From: an uncultured Cryomorphaceae bacterium
GTDB taxonomy: Bacteria; Bacteroidota; Bacteroidia; Flavobacteriales; Schleiferiaceae
Length of the DNA stretch: 64,000 bases
Assembly: GCA_937120475.1 (NCBI GenBank)
Contig: CAKZJV010000007.1
Coordinates: forward strand, 572,068 to 636,067
Reading direction: 5' to 3'
Under the pieces are notes generated by a model. The model was given only the letters and a program-made list of their open reading frames with translations. It had not been told where the DNA came from and ran no database searches. Positions 57,704 through 64,000 of this stretch are shown here, piece by piece (the first letter of the stretch is position 1; each line of letters begins with the position of its first letter). Made by a program: the position numbers and the translations under genes.

Positions 57704-60700
57704 CTAGGGTGCTTTTGCCACCGCCATCTGGCTCAGGTTCTGGTAAACCCAATCCTGGCCATTATACAGTATGCAGGATAACTCATCGTTCTCATCTCTG
57801 AAGACCAAAAAGAAAGGCGCAATTAAACTCACCGGCCCCTTAGGAGCAGGAACCGTTACTCCCATACTGCTATTCACCAGTTCATAGAGGTTCTGATAGT
57901 TCCATTGGCTCCCGTTCCAGTACAGGTCTGAAAGCTGCTCATTGCTATCCTGATACACCACGTGTAAGAAGTTGACAGCCGAACTAAAAGGAACCGGGTT
58001 ACCATTGGCATCGGGAACATTTACACCGGGGACCAGTTGGTTCAGGACCTGGTAGCCCCATTGCCCTGTATAGTAGAAATCCGCCACGTGGTTATTCTCA
58101 TTACGATACACATTATGCGCTTCTTCCTGTCCGTAGTTATTGAATTGGCAACCCCTTACCGTGCCCTGACCCTGTTCACTTCCTAAGGCTGGGGTCAGTT
58201 TGGATAGCAACTGGAAATGCCACTGATTATTGATGTAATAAATATCGCAGGCCTGCATATAAACATCGGCCGGGTAAAGTACGTGCAATTGACCCTGGTA
58301 AATATAAGCATCAGGATCGCCATACAAGGCTTTGGAAGCCTGCGAATCCTGGTAAGGAGAATAATATGTCCACTGGCTGCCGTTGAGGTATATACAGGAA
58401 AGTTCATTGTTGGCATCACGGTAAAAAACGTTCAGCAACGAACTGAAGAGAATGGCGCTGGGGCTGCCCTGGGCATCTGGCACCGTAAGTCCGCTGCCTG
58501 CGTTTTGCTGGCTTTGGGTAGTAATATCCGTAACCGTCCAGTTGGTTCCGTCATACTGCATACAATGCAGCTTTCCATGGGTATCGTTAAACAGAATGTA
58601 CAAATCCTCGCCACTCACTACCACGGAAGGATTGCCCGTAGCCTCTCCGTTATATCCGCATAAGGTGGATAGGTCCTGGTAGGTCCATTGATCATTGTTG
58701 TTCCATATATTACTGATATGATTTTGAGCATCGCAGTATACCACCTGCGTTTGGTTGTATTCAAATACCACCGGGTTGCTGTTTACTTTGGCGGGAGACT
58801 GAAGGCTTGCGGCATCCGTAACCATTACCCCACCGCTTACCAGCAGCCAGGGATAGTCTTCACCGCCTAGAATGAGTGATGAAAAAGCCTCGGTAGCGCA
58901 AGTGGATGTAAAAGCTAAGGGGTAAGTGCCTGTAAATCGGTAATTCCAGGGCCCGTGTCCAAACAACCCGCCACCCCCGTAATCTTTACGCCACCAGTCA
59001 ATGTAGGTGCTGTAGGCACTGTCCGTAGGTTGGGGAATAGCGGGTTGGTAAAACTGATGCGTATTGGTTTGCCATATCTTTTTTTGCAGTTTCGAATCAC
59101 GGGTCCACAATGAAGTAAACGAGCTTTTTCTTCCATCAGCCACCAGGCCTCTGTCAAAAAGGTATTTGAAAATGTCATTAAAGTGCTCGGTTTTAGCGGA
59201 AGCTATTATGCTGTTCCATTCATCGGTAGTAGGGTATCGCCATCCTTTGATGGGTGGAAGAACCCAGTTCTGTGCTCCGGGATTTTTATTGAGTACATCG
59301 TAACCGCTGGTCCAGTTCTTCAGGTTTTGAGACACCATGCCATACAGGAGGAGGTTACTCTCCAGGTTGTAAAAAAGAGGGGCATTCTGCTGGGCCACAT
59401 CCGGCAACAAACCCACACATAGATCAGAGGGCAGCTGGTTACCCACCATCCCCTGGAAGCTGCTGTAATACACCTCGTTTTCACTCCGGTACAGATCGCG
59501 CTGCTGTTCCAATATGGGTTTTTCCCCATCAGCCCGCGTTCCGCCAATCAAATACCTATTGTAATAATCAATTGCTTCAGCACTAACCTTCAACGGGCTA
59601 TCGAGCTTACTTACCGAGGCATTGCTTTTATAATTATAGGCTTGCACTACCAATTGAGCACCTTGAACCTGCAGCGAACTGTAGTATAGAAATAACTGCT
59701 GTGCGATAAAATAAAAGTTGGTGTTACTCATCAATCCCGTCTCCGTAACTCTCCGCATGGCCTTGGGCAAATTTATGCCTGCCACTTGTTGTATGATGGT
59801 ATTTATATCCACCATGGCTTCATATACTCCCTTGTCCTGGTCGAGTACCTTCTTCGCGAAATCATGCAATGATGAAGAGCTCTTACCACTCTGGGTTCCG
59901 GAATAAGTTCGTAGCTTCTGGGCATTAGACTTTATCGTAGAAACTGGCTTGTCCAGTGTCAGCATAATATTTTCCAGGGTATTAGCATCCAATAGGTGAA
60001 TGATCGCATTTAAATCTTGCAGGATGAGGTGTTGGTTGGAAACAACGGTATTCAACTGGGTCCTGATCTTGCCCAGGGTATTGATGATCTCCTGTTTTTT
60101 GCTCTTTTCGCCAAAAATGGAATCTTTACAGAGGTTGAGCAGGTAGTTGGACACAAAAGAACCAACGGCCCCTGTCATTTGCCCTTTGGCCCATTTTGCA
60201 AAATCTCCCAGGCTATTCCCTAAAGTTCCCTCCTCCGTAGCCGTTTCAGCTAAAGTGGTATTACCCTGGCTGGCCATATAGGCTATACCGTCAATGGTAT
60301 CGGCCATTTGTTTCATACCGGTGGTCATATTCGGGTGCTGTTCTATAATGCTCCACCAGGCTGGGTTTTTATAGGCCCAGTTGGCAGAAGCGGGAATGGT
60401 TGGAGCACCTGTATCGTCTTCTGCATCCTCCTGTGCTATGGCCAACCCTTTTTCCTGGCTGGCAAAAGGCAATTCTCCGGGGCGTTTATCCAACTGCCCC
60501 TTAACCAGCTTCCGGCAATAGGCCCTGCAATTCCCGCTTGATTTCACCATTGCCGCAAACTTATCCGCATCAAATACTGAAGGCGGGGCGGTGGCCGCCA
60601 TAAAATCGGTGGTATATCCGGATAACATCTTGCTCAGAAAATTGCCGAACAGAAAATCCCGCGTCCAGGCATCAGAATCTTTGATATTCCCTTGCTGTTC

Positions 60701-61141
60701 CAACTCAAAGTGAGTCGCTATAAGGCTTGAAGCTGCGTTGAGGTATATTCCTAATTCGGTATCGTAATGGGCCGGTAGTAAGGCTACGTAATCAATATTC
60801 TGATCATCGGCCAGGGCCGCACTCGCTTCACTTTCATCCAATTGCTTCCCGCATATTCCAAAGAATTTCAGATCAGCATCGGGTAAACCCGGTATTTCAA
60901 AGTTACCCTCGTGATCGGTATGACTTACCGCGATAATGCCAGAGCCGTTCAGCTTTTGAACGATGATCGTACCCGATGCTTCTTCATCAGAACCCAGGTT
61001 TAAATGTCCTATTATGTCCATTGGTTTAGTTTGTATTTTCTTAGAAATGTTAAAAGTTGAACCCTTATAGCGGTTTACAGCATTATGAGGAATGGTTATG
61101 ACTGGATTTGCTCTCAACTCCCCTATTGTCATACGCGCCAC
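57704..61141 (-). CDS. large protein (1145 aa) with about 400 aa of C-terminal aromatic repeats (lectin or tectonin-type beta-propeller-like) and an unknown N-terminal region
   Basis: Repeats of Y..G.W.YQ.L..L / V.YRD.N..L..LY.NGS.W.YQNL. No signal peptide. Confidence 0.5.
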   Translation of the reverse strand: MARMTIGELRANPVITIPHNAVNRYKGSTFNISKKIQTKPMDIIGHLNLGSDEEASGTIIVQKLNGSGIIAVSHTDHEGNFEIPGLPDADLKFFGICGKQLDESEASAALADDQNIDYVALLPAHYDTELGIYLNAASSLIATHFELEQQGNIKDSDAWTRDFLFGNFLSKMLSGYTTDFMAATAPPSVFDADKFAAMVKSSGNCRAYCRKLVKGQLDKRPGELPFASQEKGLAIAQEDAEDDTGAPTIPASANWAYKNPAWWSIIEQHPNMTTGMKQMADTIDGIAYMASQGNTTLAETATEEGTLGNSLGDFAKWAKGQMTGAVGSFVSNYLLNLCKDSIFGEKSKKQEIINTLGKIRTQLNTVVSNQHLILQDLNAIIHLLDANTLENIMLTLDKPVSTIKSNAQKLRTYSGTQSGKSSSSLHDFAKKVLDQDKGVYEAMVDINTIIQQVAGINLPKAMRRVTETGLMSNTNFYFIAQQLFLYYSSLQVQGAQLVVQAYNYKSNASVSKLDSPLKVSAEAIDYYNRYLIGGTRADGEKPILEQQRDLYRSENEVYYSSFQGMVGNQLPSDLCVGLLPDVAQQNAPLFYNLESNLLLYGMVSQNLKNWTSGYDVLNKNPGAQNWVLPPIKGWRYPTTDEWNSIIASAKTEHFNDIFKYLFDRGLVADGRKSSFTSLWTRDSKLQKKIWQTNTHQFYQPAIPQPTDSAYSTYIDWWRKDYGGGGLFGHGPWNYRFTGTYPLAFTSTCATEAFSSLILGGEDYPWLLVSGGVMVTDAASLQSPAKVNSNPVVFEYNQTQVVYCDAQNHISNIWNNNDQWTYQDLSTLCGYNGEATGNPSVVVSGEDLYILFNDTHGKLHCMQYDGTNWTVTDITTQSQQNAGSGLTVPDAQGSPSAILFSSLLNVFYRDANNELSCIYLNGSQWTYYSPYQDSQASKALYGDPDAYIYQGQLHVLYPADVYMQACDIYYINNQWHFQLLSKLTPALGSEQGQGTVRGCQFNNYGQEEAHNVYRNENNHVADFYYTGQWGYQVLNQLVPGVNVPDANGNPVPFSSAVNFLHVVYQDSNEQLSDLYWNGSQWNYQNLYELVNSSMGVTVPAPKGPVSLIAPFFLVFRDENDELSCILYNGQDWVYQNLSQMAVAKAP

Positions 61142-61507
61142 TACCAGATAAAAATAAGCCTTCTACCAATCTCTTTTACCTTGATTTAAAGTATTTTATA
61201 AGCTGACCATTCCAACTTTGGAACCAAGGTCCGTTGATTCGTTGTTCATGTTGGTTTGGTTTTAAGAATAAAAAAATTGTACCACCCATATTATTAAAAT
61301 ATGACTTCTTAAAACCATTATTTGTGGGAATCACCTTATTTTTTGAGTGAATGACCCGTATGCGCTACTCAATAAATATGTGTTAACCCTAAGTACAGAA
61401 CTACAGATCATAAATATTTGGGTGTGAAATAAAAGTTTGATTTGCTTCTGAATAAATTATCTTTTACATTGCCCAATATTTTTGAAACCAAACCAAACCC
61501 CTTCTTT

Positions 61508-61837
61508 ATGAAAAGCAATATCATTGCATTTCAGTTATTTGTCATTTTACTTCTTATATCCTGCAGTAAAGAAGAAGCTGAAAAATTAGAGTGTGAAACT
61601 GAGAATATAGGTTATATTACTATGACCTGTACTTCCGACAACCCTTATAATATTTACATAGATGGTGTTTATACCTTCCAAATGGCTGGAAATACCTTTA
61701 GAGATGACCATGAACTAAGCGCAGGCACACACTCTCTCAGAGCTGAGCAAGAGAGCGGTTACCTTATTTATCCTACCATCAGAGAGATCGACTTAACCAT
61801 TGGTCAATGTGAGAAAAGGTCGTGGGTTTTCCCTTAA
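61508..61837 (+). CDS. small lipoprotein
   Basis: Start taken at MKSNIIAFQLFVILLLISCSK (lipobox). The track ORF begins at 61442. Confidence 0.45.
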   Translation: MKSNIIAFQLFVILLLISCSKEEAEKLECETENIGYITMTCTSDNPYNIYIDGVYTFQMAGNTFRDDHELSAGTHSLRAEQESGYLIYPTIREIDLTIGQCEKRSWVFP

Positions 61838-62013
61838 ATTAACATTCTGTAGTGGCGAAAATCACAAATTTAAATTCCGAGCATAGTTAACATTAACCAA
61901 CAAAATAGTCAGTTGTAATTAGGATATTTCCATACTATCATGGATTTGGAACAAAAGAATATTTCATCAATTTAAACTTTAAATCTATTTGACTATATCT
62001 TATTGATCAAACC

Positions 62014-64000
62014 ATGAAACCAATTTGCTCTACCCTTATAATGAGCTTACTTCTTGTATGTGCTTTTGGTACTCGTCTATCCGGGCAGTTAATATCTATT
62101 TCCCTGGAAGTTGATGGTCTTTCAGTTACCAATAATGATACGTTATTAGGTTGCCCGGGTGACACCTTTCAAGTCGAAGATTTAACCAACGGTACAGGTT
62201 CGTATTTATCTTTTTGGTATTTAAATACAAATGATTCTATTCCCCTGAACTCTAATCGGACTTTGGGTGTACCACTTAACCATCCAGGAACACAGCAGAT
62301 ATCCCTCAAGGTATTTGATACTATACCTTTATTACCCCCTTTAACCAGCTATACGATATTTATTACCACTTGTGATAGCCTGGAAGCACCGGTTATAGGC
62401 TCTGTTTTCTCACAGGAGTGCCCTTCACAAACTCCAACGGATATACCCGTTCTCGTAGCTGCATCCGGAGGATTTAATAATTATGCCTATCAATGGCAGG
62501 ATTCTATTCCCGGACAATACTGGAACAATGTAGGAGGCGAAAGTGCTAATCCTTCCTCTTTCGTTTTCAATACGGGTTTTGCCCCGGGAACGCAGCATTT
62601 TTACAGATTACAAGCTATTTCAAGCTTTACCGGAGATACCTTATATAGTAATCTTTCCCAGGTTCAAACCTATAATGCCCTTTCAGCAGGACCTGTCATT
62701 GATGCTGGTAATCTTAGTTCGGGAGATAGTCTCGCGGTTTGCTTTGGTAGTTCCTTGGATTCACTGGTGGTTTTCGCCAATGGAGGGGATGGCCAATATT
62801 CTTATCAATGGGAATCTTCACCCAATGGCAATAGTAACAGCTATAGTCTCATTAATGGGGCACCTGATAAGAACTCTTTGTCCCTGGGCCTCTCCAATAT
62901 TAAGAAGTCAAGGGATTTTTTCAGGGTGGTCATAAGTGATTTATGCGGACAATCCATCACTACCGGAGGTTTTCAAATAAGCACCTATGATTCATTAGAT
63001 GCTGGAAAAATAAAGGTCAAAAACACCCCGGCTAAAAAGGACACTAATCTCTGTTTTGGAGAAAGCATTGATCTTACCCCGCAGATTCAGCCTAAAGGCG
63101 GAAAAGCAGGTAAGGCTCCGGGCAAAAAATATAATTTTCACTGGCGCAAAAAATTTTCAAATGGTTCTTTTGATACCATTCCTGGACAAAGGGCAAGAAA
63201 GGACACCTTATCCGTTACTAATGATAATAGCCTGACTACCGGTAAGCACATTTTTAAACTGGAAGTACAAGATTCCTGCGCGGTAGCCGAAACCGATGAA
63301 ATTGAGATAACGGCTTATGCCGCTCTACAGGAAGCTAGCGTTAACAACATAAGCACTTTACTTTGTCCCAACTATTTGCCATCAACCAGCCTCGATGTTG
63401 GTCAAATTGCTACCGGTGGCGACAGCAACTTTGTATATCAATGGCAAAAATCTGGAGATCAAAACACCTGGACGGATGTAGGCTCTTCTTCCCCGACTGC
63501 AGATGACTTCAATTTTAACCTCTCCAATTCCAATCCTGCAGAATTTACGCCTGATACCACCATTTATTACCAATTAAAAGCGGTATGCGAAAGGTGTAAC
63601 GACAGTGTAATAAGCGCACCCGTTGCTCTTCAAACTTTTCCGGCCCTTAATGCCTCAAAAATAAGTGGGGTTAAAGACGTTGTAGAACAAGACAGCCTGT
63701 TTATATGCTTTGGGGGTACTTTAGATTCGCTTTCCGTTCAGGCAAGCCAGGGAGATGGTTTATACCACTACCAATGGGAATACTACAATTCGGACAGTTT
63801 AAAATTTGATACCATTCCAGGGGCACCTGACCTTCATTCACTGAAAAACGGTATTGCTAACCTGACACAATCCGAAAACCTATACCGGGTAAAGGTTACG
63901 GATGAATGTGACCAGGTAGCCTGGTCCGATACCTTTAGAGTAGTGGTGTATGATTCCCTGCAAGCTGGAACTATAAACGTGAAAGGTTCCGGAGGAGTAA
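62014..64000 (+). CDS. SprB-repeat giant surface protein (gliding or T9SS adhesin-like), 5' part only; it runs past the window end
   Basis: Signal peptide MKPICSTLIMSLLLVCAFG. Frame open from 62014 to the end of the window. ~100-aa periodic repeats each with C.G.S..L....GG.G.Y.YQW (SprB repeat consensus). Confidence 0.65.
   Translation, partial: MKPICSTLIMSLLLVCAFGTRLSGQLISISLEVDGLSVTNNDTLLGCPGDTFQVEDLTNGTGSYLSFWYLNTNDSIPLNSNRTLGVPLNHPGTQQISLKVFDTIPLLPPLTSYTIFITTCDSLEAPVIGSVFSQECPSQTPTDIPVLVAASGGFNNYAYQWQDSIPGQYWNNVGGESANPSSFVFNTGFAPGTQHFYRLQAISSFTGDTLYSNLSQVQTYNALSAGPVIDAGNLSSGDSLAVCFGSSLDSLVVFANGGDGQYSYQWESSPNGNSNSYSLINGAPDKNSLSLGLSNIKKSRDFFRVVISDLCGQSITTGGFQISTYDSLDAGKIKVKNTPAKKDTNLCFGESIDLTPQIQPKGGKAGKAPGKKYNFHWRKKFSNGSFDTIPGQRARKDTLSVTNDNSLTTGKHIFKLEVQDSCAVAETDEIEITAYAALQEASVNNISTLLCPNYLPSTSLDVGQIATGGDSNFVYQWQKSGDQNTWTDVGSSSPTADDFNFNLSNSNPAEFTPDTTIYYQLKAVCERCNDSVISAPVALQTFPALNASKISGVKDVVEQDSLFICFGGTLDSLSVQASQGDGLYHYQWEYYNSDSLKFDTIPGAPDLHSLKNGIANLTQSENLYRVKVTDECDQVAWSDTFRVVVYDSLQAGTINVKGSGGV

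Noticed and set aside
1-64000. Search for integrase, transposase, IS elements or prophage structural genes to explain the accessory nature
   Set aside because: No ORF with recognisable tyrosine or serine recombinase, DDE transposase, terminase or capsid motifs was found. The only phage-like element is the isolated tail-collar domain protein at 16989-17582.

Overview
This 64 kb window looks like a chromosomal accessory region from a Bacteroidota genome, probably Chitinophagaceae or Sphingobacteriia. The lineage call rests on several T9SS C-terminal sorting domains, SprB-type repeats, BNR proteins and LytTR/LytS two-component systems, at about 47% GC. No rRNA, CRISPR array, integrase or transposase was found. 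The main content is as follows. (1) Housekeeping and envelope genes: a di-heme cytochrome c peroxidase, a GH25 lysozyme, T9SS cargo proteins, and three two-component systems (PAS/GAF histidine kinase with LytTR regulator and HlyD; HisKA_3 kinase with LuxR regulator; propeller/LytS kinase with LytTR regulator). (2) On the minus strand, a patatin-like phospholipase, an HExxH protein, a 540-aa Ser/Thr-rich protein and a phage tail-collar protein sit together. (3) A two-gene operon encodes a 1072-aa LRR-Roc-COR-TIR protein overlapping a 150-aa multi-transmembrane protein, followed by RtcB. This is a candidate, apparently undescribed, TIR-based defence or signalling system. (4) A tRNA-Tyr and degenerate tRNA-like fragments lie next to a WYL-regulator::PhyH-dioxygenase fusion. 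Three copies of a GC-rich palindromic repeat and two copies of an operator-like inverted repeat flank this area. (5) A family of five small secreted Cys-rich paralogs is present, one of them a frameshifted pseudogene. (6) A translationally coupled operon encodes a large protein whose C-terminal tail carries about 14 His-x-Asp repeats, then a radical SAM/SPASM enzyme, an unknown protein and a HExxH protein. It looks like an uncharacterised His-Xaa-Asp analogue of the His-Xaa-Ser maturation systems. (7) A LodA-like protein and LodB-like flavoprotein pair follows, then a pentapeptide-repeat protein, a BBE-like FAD oxidase, a large lectin-propeller protein and the 5' part of a SprB-repeat giant adhesin. 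All functional calls rest on motifs read by eye; no database search was run.
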